A stretch of 64,000 nt of DNA from Eledone cirrhosa. Its lineage: Eukaryota. The notes beneath the pieces were generated by a model. That model ran no database searches, had not been told where the DNA came from, and saw only the letters and a list, made by a program, of their open reading frames with translations. Within the stretch, counting starts at the first letter, position 1; each line of letters opens with the position of its first letter. Shown here piece by piece: positions 26,390-41,613 of this stretch. Made by a program: the position numbers and the translations under genes. Location of the stretch: the NCBI GenBank assembly GCA_964016885.1, contig OZ024740.1, positions 393,018,001 through 393,082,000 of the forward strand, read 5' to 3'.

Positions 26390-27075
26390 GGTTATACTTG
26401 TATGCATGTGACATAGAGGGGCTCTTTCCCCAGGTAGGTTGCAATCTTCAAAATTTTGTGGAGGAAAACAGCAGTTCCGGGTCCAAGGACACTAGGGCAA
26501 TCATCGGTGACCAGCATGAAAAGGGAGCAGTCAGTCAAGCCTCTGTATTTGGTTATCTTCCTCTCCTCTGCATTGTGAGTGGCAGTGTCTTGATTTTCAG
26601 CTGAAGTGACAAGGCTGAAGGCAAAGAATAAGTCACAGCATGTGGTGTCCCATGTTAGCAATTTACTTCTATTGAATGGAAAGAGTTATCTGTTAGAAGT
26701 AGTTTGGAGGTCATGGCCACAGAATTTCATGTAGAGTCTTGCCTGTTGCCAGCTGGTGCTGTTGAAACTAACATTGCAGATGAGTTCAGTACAGCATTGA
26801 ATGGTGGCATTGAGTTCATCAAGGTAATCAGCATGAGGGTGACAAGGTGCACTGCATAGCATAAAGAGGAGTTTGGGGAGGGGGAAACAGTTCCTCAGGA
26901 GGAAGAGTACCAGTTTCACGTCAATGAGGTGCAATCTCTCTGTCATCCTGGTCAGTTCCGCGTGCTTGGTCTCCAGACACTCAATATGGTTTATGAGGAT
27001 TGGAGAGCTGAGGATGTATGTGTCATCTTTTGGTGTTAGCTGGAACAGGTTGGATGCTGAACATGGTGTCTTGAA
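26390..27075 (-). mobile_element. Decayed CRE-like non-LTR retrotransposon fragment (post-RT region + restriction-like endonuclease)
   Basis: LFLLRNCFPLPKLLFML..SWQQARL and LTWDTTC..AEERKITKYRGL..LGPGTAVFL resemble CRE-clade motifs; internally deleted. Confidence 0.65.
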
Positions 27076-27244
27076 ATTCAGTTTTACTGGAGCTCATGTT
27101 TATCACCTCCATGTTTTTAATTTTAAATTAGTTTTCAACAATTGCCAAAATTCCTCATGGACCAACTAATTTTTATTATTACTTTTTAACCTCAAGATTC
27201 TCTTTTATCCATCATTAATGTGGAAAATACATAATAATAATAAT

Positions 27245-27960
27245 AATAATTGTTTCTACTTTTGGAACAAGGCCAGCAATTACCCAGTGCATTATTATCC
27301 ATCATTAATGTGGAAAATACATAATAATAATAATAATAATTGTTTCTAATTTAGGCACAAGGCCAGAGAATTTGAGGGAGGTGAAAGTCGATTATATTGA
27401 TCTAGTACTTGACTGATATTTTATTGTATCAGTCAAGTACTGGGTTGATTCAATCAACTTTACCCTTCTCCAAATGAACTGGCTTTGTGCCTAAATTAGA
27501 AACCACCACCATTATTATTATTTCTTTGCTGTCATAATGTCCCCTTATCTGTGATCCTTGAAGCAAAGGCGGTAGATAGGCTGAATCAGCAGAGCATCGG
27601 ATAACATACTTTGCGGCATAGTTACGTTCCTTTACATCCTGAGTTCAAATCCCACCAAGGCTAGCTTTGCCTTTCATCTTTACAGGGTCTATTACTTTGC
27701 TTTGATGATGTCCTCTTATCTGTGATCCTTGCAGCAAATAATGAAATAATACTAACTGGCAGAATAATTTGAGCATTGAAAAAATAGTTTGTAGCATTTT
27801 TTTGACTTTTTGTTATGGGTTCAAATTATACTACAGTCAACTTTGCCTTTCATCCTTCCAGAGATGATATAAGAAAGTACTAGTGAAATACTGGAGTTGT
27901 TGATTTAAATTACTAATCCCTGCCCTCAAATTCCCGATTTGCTGCCTATGTTAGAAACAT
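27245..27960. mobile_element. Cluster of full and partial tRNA-SINE copies in both orientations
   Basis: Copies at ~27245-27294(-), 27335-27420(-), 27430-27505(+), 27568-27691(+), 27755-27960(+). Confidence 0.75.
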
Positions 27961-28314
27961 TATCATAAAAACTAATGGAGTACTAGAAATGGTAATTAAT
28001 TGTTTTTCTCTTAAAATCGTGTCCTTAATCAAACTTATCCTTGCATCTACCTAACTTTACTTAAAATAAGTATCACACATTCATTAAGGGTAAATTCAGT
28101 TGATTATACAGTAAGTCCCCCCTTACGAATATCCTACTCACGAACTCCCGCAGGTATGAACAGTCTCACAAAGAATTTGAGTTTGAGATTCGTGTTTGAG
28201 ATTCGTGTTTTTGTGGACACTTTCATGACTTCCGCTGTTAACCCGCTAACACAAGTCCATTACAACAAAGTTATTCTGAGCCAGGGGAAGTGAAATTCTT
28301 GAGTCAAAATCAGT

Positions 28315-29005
28315 GCGGGAAATTGATATGAGCATCGATGCATCGTTTGATGCGCATAAAATCAAGATAGTGGCAATGTGCAGTCAACTGGTCGGATGGA
28401 TTTTGAAGTCATTCAGGACAAGAGACTGACAAACCATGTTAGTCTTCCCGAGAACATTTGTCCTCAGCCACCTGGACTATTGCTCCAAGCTATGGTCACA
28501 CCGTAGAGTCAAGTAACTGGCAATCCAAACCTACACCATGAGGATTGATTCAGCAAAAAGGATAGGCTACAGGGAAAGGCTGAAAGAATTAAAACTATTC
28601 CCTGGAGTGATGATGGAAGAGATATGCAGTGATATGCATATGTAAGGGCTAGCACCAAACTTTGGCATTGAGAACTGGATTAACCATCAAACACATCTAG
28701 AGTAAGGACCAAATACTGAAAGAGATTTGGGTTCAAGGGTCCCCAATTTTTTAATATGTTGCCAAAACACGAGAGGTCTACATGGGATAAATGTAGAAGT
28801 TTTCAAGAAGCAAATTGACAATCTGCTATCCAAGATCCTTAATGAGCCTGTAGCATGCCACGTAACATAAATGAAGAAGGCAGCAGTGTCAAATACCCTC
28901 ATGCATCAATGACCAACCAAAAAGGAAGGTTATTGAAAATGCTTGAACAATGGCGATTCCCTAGTACCATGGACTCAGCCAATTAGTTGGAATAAGTAAA
29001 AGATG
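28315..29005 (+). mobile_element. Decayed 3' fragment of a CR1/L2-group LINE related to the 41.5-46.5 kb element
   Basis: Aligns by eye to ORF2 C-terminus (GWIL, TFVLSHLDYCSKLWS, GFKGPQ) and to its 3' tail. Confidence 0.8.
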
Positions 29006-29264
29006 ATGTGTATATATATTTGAAAATGTGAGAGTCCCAAATGCATAAAATAATTGTAATAATAGTCGATCACTGTAAATAATAGTTAAGAAAAGGGCGT
29101 CTCTTTTAGGATGCTATGCTATACAGCTTGGGGTTCGAGCGAGCAGGCTGTAAATAAACCTTATGAATTATAGACGAGCTGAGAATTTTTGAAATTTGAA
29201 AATGTGTGTCTCAACTTTCAAAAACTTTCTAATAATTCATAAACTTTATATAAATATATAAGGA

Positions 29265-30110
29265 GTGACACACGAAAAATTCTCCTCGCCCGAAGGAAGT
29301 TCGCATGGGTGTGTGTGTGTGTGTGTGTGTGTGTGGTGAAAACGATGATTACCATTTTTTTCGACAGTCGTGGTATTGTTCACAAAGAATTTTTATCTCA
29401 AAATAGTTAATCGCACCTTCTACGAAAGTGTCTTGGAACAACTTTAAAACTGAGTCCAGCGAGTCTGAAAGGACATTGTAGGAGAGAATGCACCTGTCCA
29501 CACAACACTTTCGATTAAAGAATTTCATCCTCCCTACGAAGGGCCTTGTTTCAGGGGGTACCAGGGGACAAGTCTCCCCACCCTCACCCCACTTTTATAA
29601 ACGTCTATATTTTATTTTTTGTTTATTTGATATAATAAATTCTTTTTAAGCTTATTTTTTTATATCTGAACTTCATTTGAAGATATAAAATTTAATTAGT
29701 GTAAAATTTTACTTATATGAAAGGGTTGGGGAAAGGCACCATAAGCAATTTATGCTCCTTTAAAAATCAACAAATGTTGGTTTGTCCCTCTCACATTTTT
29801 AAGGAAAACGAGACCCCTGCTCCCTACATCCCAGATCTAGCTCCATGTAATTTCTATATCTTCCTTAAGTTGAAATCGAGTTGAAAGGTCAACGTTTTGG
29901 GACTGGAAAACATAAAAAATTGTACCTAATGAGCTAAGGACACCCACAGAAAATGACTTCTGGTACTGCTATTAGTAATGGAAAAACTCGTTGGAACTAC
30001 TGTGGGACTTCCTAAGGGTCGTATTTTAAAGGAGATAACTTGTAATTTCATGTACGTCTGTTATACTTTTAAATAAAACACCCGTACCGTTACTTTTGGG
30101 ACAGACCTCG
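29265..30110 (+). mobile_element. 5'-truncated mariner remnant
   Basis: SPRPK, KTMITIFFDSRGIVHKEF, PY.PDLAPCNF remnants; right TIR ttacttttgggacagacctcg. Confidence 0.8.
29538..29819. mobile_element. hAT-type MITE nested in the mariner
   Basis: 8-bp TSD CTCCCTAC (29530-29537, 29820-29827); imperfect 15-bp TIR. Confidence 0.7.
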
Positions 30111-30195
30111 TGTATATATATATATATATGAATGTATATATATGAATGTATATATATGAATATATATATGAATATGAATATATATATATATATGA

Positions 30196-30265
<70 letters not shown>

Positions 30266-30273
30266 ATATATGA

Positions 30274-30305
<32 letters not shown>

Positions 30306-30354
30306 ATATATATATATTATATATATTATATATATATATTATATATATATTATA

Positions 30355-30401
<47 letters not shown>

Positions 30402-30576
30402 TATATATATATATTATATATATATATTATATATATTATATATATATTATATATGAATATATATATATATATTATATATATATTATATATAAATTATATA
30501 TATATTATATATATATTATATATATATTATATATATATTATATATATATATATTATATATATCTTATATATATATA

Positions 30577-30617
<41 letters not shown>

Positions 30618-30638
30618 TATATATATATATATATATAT

Positions 30639-30689
<51 letters not shown>

Positions 30690-30776
30690 ATTATATATAT
30701 ATATTATATATATATTATATATATATTATATATATATATTATATATATTATATATATATATATATATTATATATAT

Positions 30777-30833
<57 letters not shown>

Positions 30834-30860
30834 ATATATATAAATTATATATATTATATA

Positions 30861-30902
<42 letters not shown>

Positions 30903-30964
30903 TATATATATTATATATATATATAATCATATATATATATATATATACATTATATATATTATAT

Positions 30965-31011
<47 letters not shown>

Positions 31012-31020
31012 TATATATAT

Positions 31021-31078
<58 letters not shown>

Positions 31079-31099
31079 ATATATATATATTATATTATA

Positions 31100-31156
<57 letters not shown>

Positions 31157-31226
31157 ATATATTATATATATTATATATATATATTTATATTATATATATA
31201 CATATATTATATATATATATATTATA

Positions 31227-31267
<41 letters not shown>

Positions 31268-31492
31268 TATATATATATACATATATATATATTATATTAT
31301 ATATATATATATTATATATATATTATATATATATATATTATATATATATACATATATTATATATATATATATTATATATATATATATAATATATATATAT
31401 ATAATATATATAATATATATATATATAAACTATATAATATATATATAACATATATATATTATATATATATATATTATATATATATATATATT

Positions 31493-31537
<45 letters not shown>

Positions 31538-31541
31538 ATAT

Positions 31542-31573
<32 letters not shown>

Positions 31574-31643
31574 ATATATATATATATATAATATATATAT
31601 ATAATATATATATAATATATATATATAATATATATATAATATA

Positions 31644-31707
<64 letters not shown>

Positions 31708-31850
31708 ATATGTATATATAATATATATATATATATAATATATACATAATATATATATATTATATATATATATATATATTATATATATATATAATATATA
31801 TATATTATGTATATATTATATATATATATATATATATTATATATACATAT

Positions 31851-31920
<70 letters not shown>

Positions 31921-31975
31921 TATGTATATATATAATATATATATATATATTATATATATATATATATTATATATA

Positions 31976-32033
<58 letters not shown>

Positions 32034-32274
32034 ATATAAATATATATATATATATAATATATATATATATAATATATATATGTTATATATATATATATTA
32101 TATGGTTTATATATATATATATTATATATATTATATATATATATATTATATATATATATATAATATATATATATATAATATATGTATATATATTATAATA
32201 TATATATATATATAATATATATATATATAATATATATATATATAATATATGTATATATATATAATATAAATATA

Positions 32275-32474
32275 NNNNNNNNNNNNNNNNNNNNNNNNNN
32301 NNNNNNNNNNNNNNNNNNNNNNNNNNNNNNNNNNNNNNNNNNNNNNNNNNNNNNNNNNNNNNNNNNNNNNNNNNNNNNNNNNNNNNNNNNNNNNNNNNNN
32401 NNNNNNNNNNNNNNNNNNNNNNNNNNNNNNNNNNNNNNNNNNNNNNNNNNNNNNNNNNNNNNNNNNNNNNNNNN
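32275..32474. other. Assembly gap (200 N)
   Basis: Run of N. Confidence 1.
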
Positions 32475-32566
32475 CATATATATAATACATATATATATAC
32501 ATATAATATATACATATATACATATATATACATATATATATAACATATATATATACATATATATAC

Positions 32567-32599
<33 letters not shown>

Positions 32600-32686
32600 C
32601 ATATATATACATATATATATACATATAATATATACATATATATACATATATATATATATATATACATATAACATATATACATATAC

Positions 32687-32717
<31 letters not shown>

Positions 32718-33204
32718 CATATATATACATATACATATATACATATACATATAATATATACATATACATATATACATATACATATATACATATAATATAT
32801 ATATATATACATATACATATACATATATACATATATATATACATATACATATATATATATACATATACATATACATATATATATACATATACATATACAT
32901 ATATAACATATACATATATATATACATATACATATACATATATACATATACATATATATATACATACATATATATATATATATACATACATATATATATA
33001 TATATACATACATATATACATACATATATATATATATACATACATATATAACATACATATATATATATATATACATACATATATATATATACATACATAT
33101 ATATATATACATACATATATATATATACATACATATATATATATACATACATATATATATATACATACATATATATATATATATATACATACATATATAT
33201 ATAC

Positions 33205-33271
<67 letters not shown>

Positions 33272-33279
33272 CATATACA

Positions 33280-33333
<54 letters not shown>

Positions 33334-33341
33334 CTATATAC

Positions 33342-33374
<33 letters not shown>

Positions 33375-33443
33375 CATATATATATTATATATACATATAT
33401 ATATATATATACATATATATATACATATATATATATACTATAC

Positions 33444-33476
<33 letters not shown>

Positions 33477-33696
33477 CATATATATATACATATACATATA
33501 TATATATATATACATATATATATACATATACATATATATATATATATACATATATATATACATTATACATATACATATACATATACATATATATATACAT
33601 ATATATATACATATACATATATATATATACATATATATATATACATATATATATATACATATATATATATACATATATATATACATATATATATAC

Positions 33697-33767
<71 letters not shown>

Positions 33768-33776
33768 CATATATAT

Positions 33777-33807
<31 letters not shown>

Positions 33808-33931
33808 TACATATATATATACATATATACATATATATATATATACATATACATATATATATACATATATATATATACATATATATATATGTATTTATAT
33901 ATATATACATATATAATATATATATATACAT

Positions 33932-33977
<46 letters not shown>

Positions 33978-34107
33978 ATACATATATATACATATACATA
34001 TATATACATATACATATATATACATATATATACATATACATATATATACATATATACATATACATATATATACATATACATATATATACATATATATACA
34101 TATACAT

Positions 34108-34141
<34 letters not shown>

Positions 34142-34420
34142 ATATATACATATATATACATATATATACATATATATATATATACATATATATACATATA
34201 TATATACATATACATACATATATATACATATACATATATATATATATATACATATATAAACATATATATATATATATATATACATATATAAACATATATA
34301 TATATATATACATATATAAACATATATACATATATAAACATATATAAACATATATACATATATAAACATATATACATATATAAACATATATATATATATA
34401 TATATACATATATAAACATA

Positions 34421-34452
<32 letters not shown>

Positions 34453-34453
34453 C

Positions 34454-34484
<31 letters not shown>

Positions 34485-34681
34485 CATACATATATATATA
34501 TATACATACATATATATATATATACATACATATATATATATATACATACATATATATATATATACATACATATATATATATATACATACATATATATATA
34601 TATATACATATATATATACATATATATATATATACATATACATATATATACATATATATATATATACATATATATATATAC

Positions 34682-34744
<63 letters not shown>

Positions 34745-34781
34745 CATATATATACATATATATATATACATATATATATAC

Positions 34782-34828
<47 letters not shown>

Positions 34829-34843
34829 CATATATATATATAC

Positions 34844-34890
<47 letters not shown>

Positions 34891-35023
34891 CATATATATA
34901 CATATATATATATATACATATACATATATATACATATATATATACATATATATACATATATATATATATACATAAATATATGTATACATATACATATACA
35001 TATATATACATATATACATATAC

Positions 35024-35056
<33 letters not shown>

Positions 35057-35179
35057 CATATACATATACATACATATATACATATACATATATATATACA
35101 TATATATATACATATATATATATATACATATATATATATACATATATATATATACATATATATATACATATATATATAC

Positions 35180-35230
<51 letters not shown>

Positions 35231-35289
35231 TATATATATATATACATACATATCATCATCATGACATATATATATACATATATATATAC

Positions 35290-35343
<54 letters not shown>

Positions 35344-35366
35344 ACATATATATATATATACATACA

Positions 35367-35398
<32 letters not shown>

Positions 35399-35424
35399 CA
35401 TATACATATATATATATACATACA

Positions 35425-35480
<56 letters not shown>

Positions 35481-35487
35481 AATATAC

Positions 35488-35555
<68 letters not shown>

Positions 35556-35767
35556 CTATATATATATATATGTATATGTATATATATACATATACATATA
35601 TATATATATATATATATATGTATATGTATATATATACATATACATATATATATATATATATATACATATATATATGTATATGTATATATATACATATACA
35701 TATATATACATATATATATATATATACATATATATACATATACATATATACATATACATATATATAC

Positions 35768-35821
<54 letters not shown>

Positions 35822-35831
35822 ATACATATAC

Positions 35832-35865
<34 letters not shown>

Positions 35866-36001
35866 ATATACATATATATATACATATACATATACATATA
35901 TATATACATATACATATATATATACATATACATATATATATATATATACATATATACATATACATATACATATATACATATACATACATATATACATATA
36001 C

Positions 36002-36033
<32 letters not shown>

Positions 36034-36140
36034 ATATACATATACATATATACATATACATATATATATATACATATATATATATATACATATATATATA
36101 TGTATATATATATCTATATACATATACATATATATATATC

Positions 36141-36590
36141 TACTGCGTCTTCCCTCCACTGGGACTTCCTGGCACTTCTTCACCCATCGGTCATCCTCCA
36201 TGCGCATCACACGTCCAAACGATCTCAGCCTATAGTGTGTTGGGGATTATCATCATTGATACCGCCCAGATCGGTTATATCACGATTGCTGTAAACAGAG
36301 CAGTATTGTTTCTGCAGTATCTCGCCCATGGTTTTGGCACTATCTTGGAGTGTGCCATTTTTCATCAATTAGAGGGTTAACAGTAGAGACAGTGACCTTG
36401 TGTTTTCTCGCAAATGAAAAGAACACTTTGGGGTTGTGTTTGATTTTCTCAATGGCCTATTTCTCTTCAGCTGTTCTTAGGTTATTGATGATGGTCTTCA
36501 TGCATTGTTGGAGGTTATATTTATTTGATTCAAGCAGGGTGATAGCCGTCGAATGTGTGTGTTGCTGTTGGCAGTATTTTAGTGTGTTAA
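36141..36590 (-). mobile_element. Fused LINE scraps: RTE C-terminal fragment (36141-36231) + CR1/L2-like linker fragment (36235-36590)
   Basis: [21 protein letters not shown] is near-identical to 20986-21050; [22 protein letters not shown] resembles [21 protein letters not shown]. Confidence 0.75.
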
Positions 36591-36855
36591 TTTTTATACA
36601 TATATGTGCATATATATATATATATAAATATAAATATACATGCATATATATATGTATATATAAATATACATACATATATATATATAAATATACATACATA
36701 TATATATATAAATATACATACATATCTATATATAAATATACATACATATATATATATATATAAATATACATACATATACATACATATATATATATAAATA
36801 TACATACATATACATACATATATATATATAAATATACATACATATATATATATAA

Positions 36856-36924
<69 letters not shown>

Positions 36925-36957
36925 AATATACATACATATATATATATATATATAAAT

Positions 36958-36990
<33 letters not shown>

Positions 36991-37057
36991 AATATACATA
37001 CATATATATATATATATATATAAATATACATACATATATATATATATATATATAAAT

Positions 37058-37090
<33 letters not shown>

Positions 37091-37169
37091 AATATACATA
37101 CATATATATGTATATAAATATATATATATAAATATACATACATATATATATAAATATATATATATAAAT

Positions 37170-37202
<33 letters not shown>

Positions 37203-37231
37203 AATATACATACATATATATATATATAAAT

Positions 37232-37264
<33 letters not shown>

Positions 37265-37267
37265 AAT

Positions 37268-37298
<31 letters not shown>

Positions 37299-37301
37299 AA
37301 T

Positions 37302-37342
<41 letters not shown>

Positions 37343-37361
37343 TACATACATATATATATAT

Positions 37362-37975
37362 ATCATCATCATCATCATCATCATCAACGTTTAACGTCCG
37401 TGTTCCACGCTTGCATGGGTTTGGACGGGGGTAGTCCCACTTGAGGCAAGAGTGATTGTCTTGCTCGCATAGGACTGTCTGGCAGGTTTTCTACAGTTGG
37501 ATGCCCTTCCTAACACCAACCACATTTACAGTGTGGGTCTGGGAGGTTTTTACCGTGTTGCCTACACGGCCACATTACAGCGTGGACTGTGTGTTTTTTG
37601 TCGTGACACCTACACGATCTCATTTGTTTCGGCCTCGATGGCGCGGCACCAACATAACTTTACATAGAACGGGGTGGTGTGGATCGGGTGGGGGGTGGGG
37701 GTGGTGGGACGGGGTGTATTTTGTTAGAGATGCCTACTGGCTGGAGTAGGTTTTACTATATATTTAGGTAAGGCGGGTCTTCTCTGTTACTGAGTACCGC
37801 CAAAGGTCTCGGTCCAGTGACATTGTCTTGGAGAGGTGTAAGTGTGTGATGTCGGAGTTTATCAGCTCGTCCCAGGTTTTTCTAGGTCTGCCTATTCCGT
37901 GACTACCGTCTATCTTTATTGCCCTGCACTTTGTTATACAGCTATCGACTTTCATGCGCAATCGACTTTCATGCG
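37362..37975 (-). mobile_element. 3' end of an RTE LINE whose 3' region ends in the bipartite module
   Basis: [22 protein letters not shown] stop at 37764, then UTR, GGTGTTAGGAAGGGCATCCA module and (GAT)n tail. Confidence 0.8.
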
Positions 37976-37991
37976 CATATATATATATATA

Positions 37992-38034
<43 letters not shown>

Positions 38035-38043
38035 ATATATATA

Positions 38044-38087
<44 letters not shown>

Positions 38088-38097
38088 ATGTATATAT

Positions 38098-38133
<36 letters not shown>

Positions 38134-38147
38134 ATGTGTATATATAT

Positions 38148-38229
<82 letters not shown>

Positions 38230-38241
38230 ATGTATATATAT

Positions 38242-38297
<56 letters not shown>

Positions 38298-38306
38298 TAT
38301 AATGTA

Positions 38307-38354
<48 letters not shown>

Positions 38355-38411
38355 GTATATATATATATATATATAATGTATATATATATATATATATATA
38401 TAATGTATATA

Positions 38412-38453
<42 letters not shown>

Positions 38454-38460
38454 GTATATA

Positions 38461-38571
<111 letters not shown>

Positions 38572-38653
38572 GTATATATATATATGTATATATATATATG
38601 TATATATATATGTATATATATATGTATATACATATACATATATATATGTATAC

Positions 38654-38702
<49 letters not shown>

Positions 38703-38703
38703 C

Positions 38704-38769
<66 letters not shown>

Positions 38770-38792
38770 GTATGTATATATACATATATATG

Positions 38793-38825
<33 letters not shown>

Positions 38826-39011
38826 GTATATGTATATATATATGTATATATATATGTATATATATATATATATATATAAATATACATACATATATATATA
38901 TATATATTATATATATATAAATATACATACATATATATATATATATATATAAATATACATACATATATATATATATATAATACAAATATACATACATATA
39001 TATATATAAAT

Positions 39012-39186
<175 letters not shown>

Positions 39187-39275
39187 TACATACATATATA
39201 TATATATATATATAAATACATACATATATATATATATATATAAATATACATACATATATATATATATATATAAAT

Positions 39276-39308
<33 letters not shown>

Positions 39309-39337
39309 AATATACATACATATATATATATATAAAT

Positions 39338-39368
<31 letters not shown>

Positions 39369-39393
39369 AATATACATACATATATATATATAA

Positions 39394-39478
<85 letters not shown>

Positions 39479-39541
39479 TACAAACATATATATATATATA
39501 AATATACATACATATATATATATAAATACATATAATACATA

Positions 39542-39575
<34 letters not shown>

Positions 39576-39692
39576 AATATACATACATATATATATATAT
39601 ATAAATATACATACATATATATATATATATAAATATACATACATATATATATATATATAAATATACATACATATATATATATATATATAAAT

Positions 39693-39723
<31 letters not shown>

Positions 39724-39756
39724 AATATACATACATATATATATATATATATAAAT

Positions 39757-39803
<47 letters not shown>

Positions 39804-39822
39804 TACATACATATATATATAT

Positions 39823-39887
<65 letters not shown>

Positions 39888-39962
39888 CATACATATAACA
39901 TATATATATAAATATACATACATATATATATATATATATAAATATACATACATTATATATAT

Positions 39963-39993
<31 letters not shown>

Positions 39994-40013
39994 CATACAT
40001 ATATATATATATA

Positions 40014-40047
<34 letters not shown>

Positions 40048-40080
40048 AATATACATACATATATATATATATATATAAAT

Positions 40081-40113
<33 letters not shown>

Positions 40114-40116
40114 AAT

Positions 40117-40149
<33 letters not shown>

Positions 40150-40184
40150 AATATACATACATATATATATATATATATATAAAT

Positions 40185-40229
<45 letters not shown>

Positions 40230-40236
40230 TACATAC

Positions 40237-40370
<134 letters not shown>

Positions 40371-40391
40371 TACATACATATATATATATAT

Positions 40392-40438
<47 letters not shown>

Positions 40439-40577
40439 AATATACATACATATATATATATATATATATACATATAATATATATATATATATAAATATAC
40501 ATACATATATATATATAATATATATATATATAAATATACATACATATATATATATATATATATAAATATACATACAT

Positions 40578-40611
<34 letters not shown>

Positions 40612-40626
40612 AATATACATACATAT

Positions 40627-40713
<87 letters not shown>

Positions 40714-40722
40714 TACATACAT

Positions 40723-40759
<37 letters not shown>

Positions 40760-40762
40760 AAT

Positions 40763-40903
<141 letters not shown>

Positions 40904-40908
40904 TACAT

Positions 40909-40952
<44 letters not shown>

Positions 40953-40961
40953 TACATACAT

Positions 40962-40994
<33 letters not shown>

Positions 40995-40997
40995 AAT

Positions 40998-41042
<45 letters not shown>

Positions 41043-41049
41043 TACATAC

Positions 41050-41179
<130 letters not shown>

Positions 41180-41277
41180 TACATACATATTATATATATA
41201 TATATATATAAATATACATACATATATATATATATATATATAAATATACATACATATATATATATATATATATAAAT

Positions 41278-41312
<35 letters not shown>

Positions 41313-41315
41313 ACT

Positions 41316-41348
<33 letters not shown>

Positions 41349-41384
41349 AATAACATACATATATATATATATATATATATAAAT

Positions 41385-41417
<33 letters not shown>

Positions 41418-41420
41418 AAT

Positions 41421-41453
<33 letters not shown>

Positions 41454-41456
41454 AAT

Positions 41457-41489
<33 letters not shown>

Positions 41490-41613
41490 AATATACATAC
41501 ATATATATATATATATAAATATACATACATATATATATACTCTTTTACTCTTTTACCTGTTTCAGCCATCCGGCTGAGGCCATGCTGGGGCACCGCCCTT
41601 GCTGCTACACACT

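Noticed and set aside
28109-28300. Possible Tigger/pogo terminal repeat (TA-CAGTAAGTCCCC)
   Set aside because: No matching second TIR or transposase found
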